NCBI GenBank assembly: GCA_963748785.1
Contig: CAVVKP010000034.1
Span: forward strand, 31,421 to 95,420
DNA from: an uncultured Actinomycetota bacterium
GTDB lineage: Bacteria > Actinomycetota > Actinomycetes > Streptosporangiales > Streptosporangiaceae
DNA length: 64,000 nt
Reading direction: 5' to 3'
Position 1 is the stretch's first letter. The number at the start of each line of letters is the position of its first letter. Both the position numbers and the translations under genes were made by a program. Below the pieces are notes generated by a model, which had not been told where the DNA came from, did no database searches, and saw only the letters and a program-made list of their open reading frames with translations. Below are positions 1 to 9,710 of the stretch, piece by piece.

Positions 1-75
1 GGCGCGACCCGGGGCCGGGAAGCGCCGGCCCTCCGGACCACGCCGCCCGCCGACGAGCAGCTAACGTTGCTGTAG
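1..75 (+). CDS. 3' end of a gene truncated by the window edge; C-terminus ...ADEQLTLL*
   Basis: Frame 1 is open from base 1 to TAG at 73-75 and ends in a QL[S/T]LL beta-clamp-binding-like motif. Confidence 0.55.
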   Translation, partial: GATRGREAPALRTTPPADEQLTLL

Positions 76-262
76 CGCGCCAGCCCCGCCGGTCGCGCGG
101 CCAGGCGCGCTGCGCGACACGGGCCCGCGCCCCGTTCCGCGCCTAGGCTGCCCGGCGTTTCATCGTGACCGGACGGCGCCCGCCGCTCCGCCGCGGGCTC
201 AGGAGGCCACTTGCTCCCGGTAAGTGGCTCCCTTTCCCGGCGGCCGAGGGCGGTACGGTCCG

Positions 263-622
263 CTAGCCCGGGTCGCGCGGCGAGAGCATCTGCGCCATCG
301 CCGGCAGCACCCCGGGAGCTACCCGGCAGTACACCCACGTGCCCCGTCGCTCGGAGATGATCAGGCCGGCCTCCCTCAGCTTCTTCAGGTGGTGGCTGAC
401 CGTGGGCTGCGAGACACCCACGTTCTGGATGTCGCAAACCGATGCTTCGCCGCTGTGGTGCGCGGCGACCCGGGAGAAGAGCCGGAGGCGTACCGGGTCG
501 GCCAGCGCCTTGAACATGCAAGCCATGCGCTCGGCATCCTGCGCCGAGAGTTCCGCCGCCCCTAGCGGCGGGCAAGGAAACTCAACGGCTGGCTCCCCGA
601 TGAGTTCCGCTGGAATCGTCAT
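263..622 (-). CDS. ArsR/SmtB family transcriptional regulator
   Basis: FKALADPVRLRL...VCDI..VGVSQPTVSHHLKKLREAGLI.SERRGTWVY; ATG at 622 (alternative 643). Confidence 0.9.
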   Translation of the reverse strand: MTIPAELIGEPAVEFPCPPLGAAELSAQDAERMACMFKALADPVRLRLFSRVAAHHSGEASVCDIQNVGVSQPTVSHHLKKLREAGLIISERRGTWVYCRVAPGVLPAMAQMLSPRDPG

Positions 623-1239
623 GGGGGTAATACTTGCCTGCATCTGTGATCTCTGCCACCGATCTGCCGATAACGTGACATCACCTATATCAACGGGGCC
701 ATGCCTTCGCATGGCCCCTTTCCTCGCTTTCTAATCACCATCCGCGCAGCGGCGGCAAAGCGGGCGCGCCGACCGTCGGCTGGCCGGCCTGGGTCCGCGG
801 CCAGCCAGCGCCGGGCAGCGGTCTCCGCCGCCGGGCGCCGGACGGCCGATGCGAACGATTGCACACGCCGCCTTGCCGACGATTGCCCGCCGCGCCCCTC
901 GGCACCGCTGGCGGCGCTTACCGCGCCGACGGGGCGCTCGCTCATTGCCCGGGTCACGGAATCCGCTTTCCGCGCCCCTCCGGCGCGGGCAAACGCTATC
1001 GGCGCCCGGCGGCAGCGGCGGACCGAATCCGCAAACGCCGGCCCGGCGGCCGCGCCTCATTCCGCATACCCGATTAGATGTAAAAGGCTACCGGCGAGTA
1101 AAACTCGCATTGTTTAATTTAGATCGATGCTGGTCAATGATGTTCTGCCCCGGTTCGGCGAGCTGACCTGCGGGTGAGCCACAGGTCACGTCGCGGCCCG
1201 CACGCCGGCGGCCGGCCGCCCCCACTAGAATTTCCTGTT

Positions 1240-2536
1240 ATGGCAGAGCCCCAGGCGAACCACAGCGAAACGAGCGGGCGCCTCGGCGGTGAGCGATACA
1301 GCGGGCGGCTGAGCGTGCGCAGCGTGCCGGTCCCCGACCCCGGCGACGACTTCCTGAGCCAGATCCCGGTGCCGGCGGCCGTGGCCTGGGTGCGGCAGTC
1401 GGCCGGCCTGGCCGGGTGGGGCGAGGCCGCGCGGGTGACGCTGCCCGCCGGCGCCGACCGCTTCACCGCCGCCGAGAAGTGGCTGCGGGAGACCGCCGAC
1501 GGCGCCGACACGGACGACGCGGTGCGCCGCCGCGGCTCGGGCCTGGTGGCGTTCGCCACCTTCACGTTCGACGACACGTCCGACGGCTCGGTGCTGATCG
1601 TGCCGCGGGCGATCCTGGGCCGGGACGGGACCGGGAACGCGTGGCTGACCACGATCACCCCGGCAGGCGAGCCCCGGTGGCACGCCGGACGCGTCCGCGC
1701 CGGCCGCGCCGGGCGAGATCCGCTGGCACGACGGCTCGCTGTCGCCGTCGGCGTGGCAGCAGGCGGTGCGCGAGGCGGTGCGCCGCATCACCGGCTCCCC
1801 CACGCTGGGCAAGGTCGTGCTGGCCCGGGACGTGTACGCGTCGGCGGAGCGGCCTATCGACCCGCGGGTGCTGCTGCGCCGGCTGGCCAGCCGCTTCCCC
1901 GGCTGCTACACGTTCGCCGTGGACGGCATGGTCGGGGCCACGCCGGAGCTGCTGATCAGCCGGAACGGGTGGGAGGTCGGCTCACTGGTGCTGGCGGGCA
2001 CGGCGCCGCGCGGCGCCACGCCGGCGCAGGACGGCGAGCTGGCCCAGGCCCTGCTCAGCTCGGCCAAGGAGAACGAGGAGCACGAGTACGCGGCCGCCTC
2101 GCTGCGGGACACCCTCGCCCCGCTGTGCGCGGCCATGTACACCGCGCCCCGCCCGGAGCTGATCCGGCTGGCCAACGTGCAGCACCTGGGCACCCGGGTG
2201 CGGGGCACGCTGGCGTCGGCCCAGTCGGCGCTGGCGCTGGTCGCGGCGGTGCACCCGACGGCCGCGGTCGGCGGCACGCCGACCGACACGGCCGTGGAGG
2301 CGATCCGCGAGCTGGAGTCGATGGACCGGGAGCGGTACGCGGGCCCGGTCGGCTGGGTGGACGCCGACGGGAACGGCGAGTTCGGCATCGCGCTGCGCTG
2401 CGCGCAGCTGGACGGCGACCGGGCGCGGCTGTTCGCCGGGTGCGGCATCGTAGCGGGCTCAGACCCGGCCGCCGAGCTGGCCGAGACCGATTCCAAGCTG
2501 CGCCCCATGCGCACCGCACTCGAACAGGCGGACTAG
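1240..2536 (+). CDS. menF: Isochorismate synthase (frameshift near 1700)
   Basis: N-part in ORF 1174..2730; C-part in ORF 1766..2536 with KVVLAR, GATPELL, KENEEH, HPTAAVGGTP, RERYAGPVGW, FAGCGIVAGSDP. Confidence 0.88.
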
Positions 2537-2657
2537 CGCCGGCCGGCGAGGCCGCTACACCCGGTGACGATCGCGTGCACGGACGGCCGAACCTTCACCG
2601 AGTCGGTCGCGCGCACGCGCAGCCACGGGGGACTATCCGCTACCCCGGGAGGAATGG

Positions 2658-3536
2658 ATGGGTAAGTTCACAGCCAGGACGAGTGAGAACCCGACCCCGG
2701 CCCAGGCACTGGACGACCTGGTCGTCGTGATCACCGGCGGGGCCCGCGGCATCGGCCGGGCGGTGGCCAGCGAGTTCCTGGCCGCGGGCTCGCGGGTAGT
2801 GGCGGTCGACCGCTCCTGGGAAGGGGACGGGGCCGAGGACACCGCCAAGGCGTTCGAGGACACCGGCCGGGCGCTGACCCTCGCGGCCGACATCACCGAC
2901 GAGGCGTCGGTGGCCGCGGCCCTGGAGCAGACCCTGGCCCGGTTCGGGCAGGTGGACGTGCTGATCAACAACGCCGCCTGCCGCCAGCGCTACCTGTTCC
3001 CGCCCAACGGCCTGGCCTCGGTGCTTGAGACCACGCGCGAGGACTGGGACGCCATGCTCGCGGTCAACATGTACGGGACGTTGAACATGATCCGGGCGTT
3101 CATCACCCCGATGCTGGAACGCGGGCGCGGCAGCATCATCAATGTCGGCACCCGGGGCAGCGTCCTCCCGCCGGTCGCGCCGGGCGTCTGGCGCGGCCAG
3201 CACCCGGAGCTGCGTAACCAGCCCTACGACGCGTCCAAGGCGGCGATGTGCAGCATGAGCGTGTACCTGGCCGCGGAGGTCCGCGACCAGGGGGTAGCGG
3301 TCAACGTGGTGTTCCCGGGGGCGACGTTCACCACCGGGTCGGCGGAGATCGCCGAGGGGCGGCGGCGGGACGGCATTGTTGAGCGCCCCTATCTGCGCCC
3401 TGAGCATTTGGCGCCGGTCATGAAGCACCTAGCGGTACAGACGCCCGCGGGCGAAACTGGGCTGGTGATCGACTCGGTTCAGTGGAACCGTGACCATGGC
3501 CTCGGCGACGACGAACAGTGGTGGTACCGCGGATGA
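2658..3536 (+). CDS. SDR family NAD(P)-dependent oxidoreductase
   Basis: TGGARGIG, DVLINNA, YDASK catalytic motif; GGAGG upstream. Confidence 0.9.
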   Translation: MGKFTARTSENPTPAQALDDLVVVITGGARGIGRAVASEFLAAGSRVVAVDRSWEGDGAEDTAKAFEDTGRALTLAADITDEASVAAALEQTLARFGQVDVLINNAACRQRYLFPPNGLASVLETTREDWDAMLAVNMYGTLNMIRAFITPMLERGRGSIINVGTRGSVLPPVAPGVWRGQHPELRNQPYDASKAAMCSMSVYLAAEVRDQGVAVNVVFPGATFTTGSAEIAEGRRRDGIVERPYLRPEHLAPVMKHLAVQTPAGETGLVIDSVQWNRDHGLGDDEQWWYRG

Positions 3537-4582
3537 CAGTGCCAGCAGGCAAGCCCGCTCCCTTCTCCGACGACCTGCTCGACGCGCGCGGCACCTTCGC
3601 GGTGCTGGTCCGCGCGGTCAGGCTGGAGGCAGACGGGATCGTGAGCATCGAGCTGACCAGGCCCGACGGCGGCGAGCTTCCGGCCTGGGAGCCCGGCGCC
3701 CACGTGGACCTGATCCTCCCGTCCGGCAAGGTGCGCCAGTACTCGCTGTGCGGCGACCCGGCTTCGCGCCTGTCCTACCGCATCGCGGTGCTGCGCGAGC
3801 CGGCCGGGCGCGGCGGCTCGGCAGAGATCCACGACACCGCGCTGGTCGGCCGGGAGCTGGCCTGCCGCCCGCCGCGCAACCACTTCGCGCTGGCCGACGC
3901 GGCCAGGTACGTGTTCGTGGCCGGCGGCATCGGCGTCACGCCCATCGTGCCGATGATCAGGTCGGTGGCCGAGGCGGGCCGGCCCTGGACGCTGTACTAC
4001 GGCGGGCGGTCGCTGCGCTCCATGGCGTTCACCCGCGAGATCCTGGCCGCCGTGGACGCCGAGGCAGCCCAGGGTGAGGCGGCGGCGGGCACGGTGACGC
4101 TGTGGCCGCAGGACGAGCGCGGGCTGCTCGACCTGGCCGGCATCCTGGCCGGGGCCGACGGCGACACCGCGGTGTACTGCTGCGGGCCCGAGGGCCTGCT
4201 GCACGCGATCGAGTCGGCCTGCGCCGCGGCCGGCCGCGGCCACCTGCTGCACGTCGAGCGGTTCGCGCAGGACGCCGAGGCGGCCGCCGAGGTCACCGCG
4301 AACGCGGCGCCCACCGGGTCGTTCACCGTGGTGCTGAAGCGGTCGGGCCTGGAACTGGAGGTGCCCGCCGACCGGTCGCTGCTCGACGTGGTGCGCGAGG
4401 CGTCGCCCGCGGTGCTGTCCGACTGCGAGGACGGCTACTGCGGCACCTGCGAGACGCGGGTGCTCGAAGGCGAGCCCGACCACCGCGACACCGTGCTCAG
4501 CGACCAGGAGAAGGCCAGCAACGAGGTGATGATGATCTGCGTCGGCCGCTCGCGGTCGCCGGTCCTGGTCCTCGATGTCTGA
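3533..4582 (+). CDS. PDR/VanB family oxygenase reductase (FMN, 2Fe-2S)
   Basis: WEPGAHVDL, RQYSL, AGGIGVTP, YCCGP, CEDGYCGTC...C; ATGA overlap with the SDR stop. Confidence 0.92.
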   Translation: MTVPAGKPAPFSDDLLDARGTFAVLVRAVRLEADGIVSIELTRPDGGELPAWEPGAHVDLILPSGKVRQYSLCGDPASRLSYRIAVLREPAGRGGSAEIHDTALVGRELACRPPRNHFALADAARYVFVAGGIGVTPIVPMIRSVAEAGRPWTLYYGGRSLRSMAFTREILAAVDAEAAQGEAAAGTVTLWPQDERGLLDLAGILAGADGDTAVYCCGPEGLLHAIESACAAAGRGHLLHVERFAQDAEAAAEVTANAAPTGSFTVVLKRSGLELEVPADRSLLDVVREASPAVLSDCEDGYCGTCETRVLEGEPDHRDTVLSDQEKASNEVMMICVGRSRSPVLVLDV

Positions 4583-4731
4583 CGAGCGGCGGCAACGAGC
4601 AGGCCGCCCCGCGCACCAGGCCGGCCTGGCGACGGCCGACTGAACCCCGGCGGCTCCGGGCACTGTCCCTTGAGCTGGTCCGCCCGGAATTCCAGTGGCG
4701 ACCAGTCAGTGCCATCCCGCAGGATCACTGC

Positions 4732-5664
4732 ATGAACGAAGACGAGAGCAGTGTGCTTGACCGGGTGACGCGCGGGCTCGGCGGGATGGAAGCTGTCGAC
4801 CGGCTCGCCGCGCTGAGCGGCAGCGACTTCGCCAGCGTGATGCTCGAAGTCGTCAGGCGCCGCGCGGCCAAGGAAACCCCAGCGACCGTGCTGCGCCGCT
4901 ATAAGCACGACCGGTTCGTCCGGCCGGGCAGCACGTCATGGCGGTCCGGCCGGCGGGCCGAGGACACGCTGCTTGGCTGCCTGCCCGCGGACGTGAAGCT
5001 GGTGACGCTTGCCCCGCTCGTCCCGCTCGGCACTCACTCGGCGCTCGGAACCGTCAGCCAGCACAAGATCGTGACAGCGATCCGCGCCTGTGAGGTGGCC
5101 GCCGATCCGTCGAACGCCCTGGCACTCGAAGCTGCCGCACGCCGGGCCGGCCCGGCACACGGGAGCGTGCGCCTGGCCGCGATACAGCGGGTGGTCCGCG
5201 CACAGCGGTCTCCCGTCGGCTGGTCCGCGCACTTCAGCCTGTTCGCCATGGTCACCGCAGGCCGCGACAACGGAAACTGCCGGTTCGAGCAGGCCGCGCT
5301 GGCCGAGCACCTCCGTTTCGCCGTTACCGGGCTTCGCGCCGCGGGCCTGCCGCGGGCTCAGGTGGCGCTGACACCACTGTCAGACGCGGGCGAGCGGATA
5401 GCGGCTGCGGCTGCCGCGGAACTTGCCGCGGAACCGGCGGACATCGTCATGGATCACGACCGCACAGCCGGGCGCGGTTACTACCGTGATGTCTGCTTCA
5501 AGGTAAATGCGCTGGTAAACGGCGTAACAGCGGAGATCGGCGATGGCGGCTTCACCGACTGGACCGCCAGGCTCCTGGCAAGCAAGAAGGAACGCCTGCT
5601 GATCAGCGGCTACGGCCTCGACCGGCTCGCCATCCTGATCGACGACGCGGGAACGCACAGCTGA
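4732..5664 (+). CDS. Hypothetical protein resembling a class II aaRS (HisRS-like) catalytic domain
   Basis: 3' part of ORF 4102..5664; QRVVRAQ (motif 2-like), GRGYY..VCF, GDGGFTDW, GYGLDRL (motif 3-like). Confidence 0.7.
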   Translation: MNEDESSVLDRVTRGLGGMEAVDRLAALSGSDFASVMLEVVRRRAAKETPATVLRRYKHDRFVRPGSTSWRSGRRAEDTLLGCLPADVKLVTLAPLVPLGTHSALGTVSQHKIVTAIRACEVAADPSNALALEAAARRAGPAHGSVRLAAIQRVVRAQRSPVGWSAHFSLFAMVTAGRDNGNCRFEQAALAEHLRFAVTGLRAAGLPRAQVALTPLSDAGERIAAAAAAELAAEPADIVMDHDRTAGRGYYRDVCFKVNALVNGVTAEIGDGGFTDWTARLLASKKERLLISGYGLDRLAILIDDAGTHS

Positions 5665-5728
5665 CACAGTGCGTCAAGCCGGAACCACGCCCGTCCCCTG
5701 ACCCCGGCGAACTTACGGTGCCACCCAC

Positions 5729-6529
5729 TTAGGCGCTCACGCGGCGGCAGAGGTCGGTGGCGCCGGGGAGGGTGAGCAGGTGGCCGGCCGGCGGGGTCGG
5801 GACGCCCTCGCGCAGCATCCAGTGGTCCATGTAGATGCCGGACGGTACCCAGAACTCCTCGGTGACCAGGCTGTGGCCGACGACCACGCAGCCATGCCCC
5901 TGCCGGGCGCGGGCGGTGTTCTGCGACGGGATCCACGATGCCTCGCTGCCCCGGGCGAAGACCGGGGCGAGGTCGACGATCTCGCCGCGCCCGACGTACT
6001 CCCAGAAGCGGCCGTCGTCCAGCGGGCTGGCGGTGAACGGGGGCCAGCGCATCGGCTCGCTGCCGACCTGGGCCAGCACGCGGACCTGCGGCACGCCGGG
6101 CCGCCCGGCCGGCCGGCCGTGGAACACCGAGAGCAGCACCGTCGCCTGCCGGTCGCTCACCCAGCCGAGCAGCGCGCCATCGCGGGGTACCGGCATCCCC
6201 TCGGTGATCACCCGGTGGCAGGTGACCGGCACCGGGCTACCCGGCCTGATCTCCTGCCGCTCCCCCTCGCCCGGCAGCCAGGGCCGCAGCGTGAAGTGCC
6301 CGGCCGGGTCCTGGATGAGCAGGTGGTAGCCCGACCCGTCGAAGCCGCGGTGCCGGAGCACCATCGCCCGGTACAGGCCGGCGGCATGGCGCGTCTGCTC
6401 CGGTCCCCGCGTGTCCTGGCCCCGGCCGTCCTGCACCCGCGTCGCGGGCCTGGTATCGCCGGGGGGCCGGGTATCAGCGGCGGGCCGGGTGGCCTGGGGC
6501 CTGATGTCTTCTTGGCGGGCAGTGGTCAC
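5729..6529 (-). CDS. Hypothetical protein
   Basis: ORF 5729..6604 with globular, Trp/Tyr/His-containing composition and GC-biased codons; probable GTG start at 6529. Confidence 0.65.
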   Translation of the reverse strand: MTTARQEDIRPQATRPAADTRPPGDTRPATRVQDGRGQDTRGPEQTRHAAGLYRAMVLRHRGFDGSGYHLLIQDPAGHFTLRPWLPGEGERQEIRPGSPVPVTCHRVITEGMPVPRDGALLGWVSDRQATVLLSVFHGRPAGRPGVPQVRVLAQVGSEPMRWPPFTASPLDDGRFWEYVGRGEIVDLAPVFARGSEASWIPSQNTARARQGHGCVVVGHSLVTEEFWVPSGIYMDHWMLREGVPTPPAGHLLTLPGATDLCRRVSA

Positions 6530-6729
6530 CGCCAGGGGGTAGGACCTGAACAGTCGCAGGCATGCGGCGAACGACGCGGCCCCGGACAGGGCGTGAACGA
6601 ACACGGGCTAGCTCTCCTCGCGTTCCCCCTGGCCGCGCCCGCCGCATTCGGCGAGGTCTGAGGTAGTAGCCGGTAATGACGTAACGCGCGCTTCATACGC
6701 GTTCACATTCTGCTGCGAGCGGCGCCAGC

Positions 6730-7132
6730 AGACATCGGTCAACTGACGCATATCGATGCGGCACCAGCACTCGGGTGCCGGAACAGATTGTCGTGCGCGC
6801 GGCGGCGGGCCCAGGACCGCGCCGATCTGGGCCTGTCTAGCCCAGATGCCTGCGTTCCGTTCATATCGTGACACGCATCGTGTCATCGTTCCCGGCGCCA
6901 GCGGACGACCGCGCGGGCCGCGGCCACGGCCCGCGCGGTCGCAGCGGCCGCTTCAGGAAAGCCTGTTTCCTCGGCAGGTAGGGCGGACGCGCCACTCGGG
7001 TCGAAGACGGGCGTGAATGGGGTGACCGCTGGGGCGTGTCGCGTCCGCTGGTCCCTGCTGCGAGGTTCCGTTACTCATGCTGCCGTCCGATGCCCAACGA
7101 GACATCGGGCAGTTGACGTATGTCGATGCGGC
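6730..7132. repeat. 33-bp imperfect direct repeat (6730-6762, 7100-7132) containing an ArsR-like operator core
   Basis: agacatcggtcaactgacgcatatcgatgcggc vs agacatcgggcagttgacgtatgtcgatgcggc, 28/33 identical. Confidence 0.75.
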
Positions 7133-7188
7133 GGGGCAAATGCGCCATGTAGCCGGGAGCGCACAAATCCACTCTGCGGGATGTCAGG

Positions 7189-7953
7189 ATGGACCCCATG
7201 CCTCCCGTTCCCGAGAGTTCCGCCGGGCCCGCAGGCCTGGCCAAGGTCAACGACTACGACAGCTTCGCCGAGGCCTACGCGACCGAAACCGAGGCCAGCC
7301 TGATCAACGGCTACTACACGCGGCCCGCGATCCTTAACCTGGCCGGAGACGTTGCCGGCCGGCGGATCCTGGACGCCGGCTGCGGCGCCGGCCCGCTGAC
7401 CGCGGCCCTGCGCGCCCGGGGCGCGATCGTGACCGGCTTCGACGCCAGCACCGAGATGCTGGAGCTGGCCCGGCAGCGGCTCGGCCCCGGCGCGGACCTG
7501 CACGTGGCCGACCTGGGCCGCCCGCTGCCGTTCCCTGACGGCGCGTTCGACGACGTCATCGCCTGCCTGGTGCTGCACTACCTGCGGGACTGGACGGCTC
7601 CGCTGGCCGAGCTGCGGCGCGTGCTGGCACCTGGCGGACGGCTGATCGTGGCCGTCGATCATCCTTACGCCATCGACCTCGACCAGCGCGAGGCCGGGCG
7701 CGAGCCTGACTACTTCGCGACCTACAACCGGACCGAAGAGTGGACCATGGGCGGCCACACCGCCCAGATGAGTTTCTGGACCCGGCCGCTGCACGCGATG
7801 ACCGAGCGCCTTCACCGCGGCCGGCTTCCGGATCGCCGTCATCAGCGAGCCGCCCCCCGCGCCAGAGGCCCGCGACCTGTTCCCCGAGATCATCGCGGAC
7901 CTGAAGTCCGGGCCTTCCTCTGCTTCCTGTTCTTCGTCCTGGAGGCCTGCTGA
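7189..7953 (+). CDS. Class I SAM-dependent methyltransferase (probable compensating frameshifts near the 3' end)
   Basis: ILDAGCGAG, PFPDGAFD, ELRRVLAPGGRL. Confidence 0.9.
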   Translation: MDPMPPVPESSAGPAGLAKVNDYDSFAEAYATETEASLINGYYTRPAILNLAGDVAGRRILDAGCGAGPLTAALRARGAIVTGFDASTEMLELARQRLGPGADLHVADLGRPLPFPDGAFDDVIACLVLHYLRDWTAPLAELRRVLAPGGRLIVAVDHPYAIDLDQREAGREPDYFATYNRTEEWTMGGHTAQMSFWTRPLHAMTERLHRGRLPDRRHQRAAPRARGPRPVPRDHRGPEVRAFLCFLFFVLEAC

Positions 7954-8110
7954 CCGCCGCGGCGGGTGCCGCTGGGTCCTGGCGCCACCGGCGGGCCGAC
8001 GGGATCGTCAACCTGGCCGGCCGCGGCGCGAGGCCGTTCGGGCGCGCCGCGGCCTAGATGATCAATTCCAAGGGTTCGTGTAGTCGCTGACGGGTGGATA
8101 GCATTCGCTG

Positions 8111-8606
8111 GTGTCCTCGTTGAGCCTGCGTCGCTCAGTCCGCGCGATCGTTCTGGACGAGGAGGATCGCGTCCTGCTGTGCCGTCTCGCCATTCCGGAG
8201 CCGGCGGGCACGGTGGTGTGGGCGGCTCCCGGCGGCGGCATTGAGCGCGGCGAGACAGCGCTGGCCGCGCTCCGCCGCGAGCTGCAGGAAGAGGTAGGGC
8301 TGGCAGTCGATGCCAGGCCCGCCGCATGTATGGCACCAGCAGGTCGTCGCGCCGGGGCATGCGGCAGGCTACGAGGGCGTGGTCAACGATTACTTCCTGG
8401 TCCGCACCGCGTCGTTCACTCCCCGCGGTGCGATGTCCGGCGACGAGCTCGCCGCCGAGAACATCGCGGGCTTCCGCTGGTGGCGGCTGCCGGACATCGC
8501 CGGCTACCGCGGTCCCGAGTTGTTCTCGCCTCGCGACCTCGCCACGCCGCTGGCGGCGCTGATCGCCGGCCGGCTCCCGGCCGCGCCGGTGCCGCTTGGC
8601 CTGTGA
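8111..8606 (+). CDS. NUDIX hydrolase (frameshift near 8312)
   Basis: WAAPGGGIERGETALAALRRELQEEVGL Nudix box; C-part in ORF 8310..8606. Confidence 0.85.
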
Positions 8607-8717
8607 GCTTCGGGTCCTGTCCGGCTTGGTGCCCGGCCCCTGCCGCTTCCGGCGCGGTTACGACGCGAACCTGCGGATCACCTGCGCACCCGGAGGGAGG
8701 GAGTCCAGCGTCGGTGT

Positions 8718-9632
8718 GTGAAGACAGAGCTGGACTCCCTCGCGACCGCACTTTACGTGAAGACCGACGACCTGCTGAAGGATTCGCCGCAGCGTGCCCC
8801 GTGGCGGCCGGCTGCGGGGACCGTGCCGCGGCTCAGCGACGCGGAGCTGGTGACGCTGGCGATGATGCAGGCGCTGCTCGGCTTCACCTCCGAGGCGCGG
8901 TGGCTGCGGCACGCCCGCGCTCACCTGCGGCACCTGTTCCCCTACCTGCCCCAGCAGCCCGGCTACAACAAGCGGCTGCGCAAGGCCGCCGGGCTCATCC
9001 GGTGCGTCACCCGGGCGCTGGCCCGTGACACCGCGCTGTGGAGCGACGACCTGTGGGTCGCGGACTCCACGCCGGTGGAGTGCGGCCGCTCCCGCGAGAC
9101 GGTCAAGCGCTCCGACCTGGCCGGATGGGCTCAGTACGGGTACTGCGCCAGTCACACGCGCTACTTCTGGGGACTGCGGCTGCACCTGGTCTGCACCCTG
9201 CAGGGCCTGCCGGTCGCCTTCGCGCTGACCGGGGCCAAGGCCGACGAGCGCGAGACGCTGCTGGACCTTCTCGCCGTCGAGCCGCAGCTCACCGCCGAGC
9301 GGCAGGGCCAGACACTGATCGGCGACAAGAACTACTTCGGCCGCGACTTCGAGCAGCAGCTGGCCGACCTGGGCATCCGGCTGCTGCGGCCGGCCCGCAA
9401 CGGCGAGGCCGAGCGGCCAGGATCGCAGCTGTTCAAGCCATTGCGGCAGGTCATCGAGTCGATCAACGAGACCTTCAAGGGTCAGCTCGACCTCGAGCGA
9501 CACGACGGCCGCACCCCCGGCGGGGTGACGGTCCGCGTCCTGCAGCGCATCCTCGCGCTCACCGCCGCCATCTGGCACAACGACCACACCGGCCAGCCGG
9601 TCATGCGCTCACTCACCGCCTACGACCACTTA
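8718..9632 (+). CDS. IS982-family DDE transposase; the expected stop reads TTA, so the ORF runs on to 10223
   Basis: LSDAELVTL, YNKRLR, DSTPVECGRSRET, YFWGLRLHL, IGDKNY, RQVIESINETFKGQLDLERH, RSLTAYDH. Confidence 0.9.
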
Positions 9633-9710
9633 TCCCTTGGAATTGATCATCTAGGCGGCGAGCCCGGCGGTGCCCCCGCGAACGCCGAGGCGCGCGCGGA
9701 CCGGACGCGG

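Larger units (their letters stand above)
8052..9656 (+). mobile_element. IS982-type element bounded by 23-bp inverted repeats and enclosing a NUDIX gene
   Basis: gcctagatgatcaattccaaggg (8052-8074) is the exact reverse complement of cccttggaattgatcatctaggc (9634-9656); transposase lies inside. Confidence 0.7.

Noticed and set aside
662-695. Possible dif site (gccgataacgtgac...)
   Set aside because: Only the XerC-like half resembles dif; there is no TTATGTCAA-like XerD half.
700-1170. Overlapping Arg/Ala-rich ORFs between arsR and menF
   Set aside because: They have no motifs or coding-like composition and are treated as intergenic.
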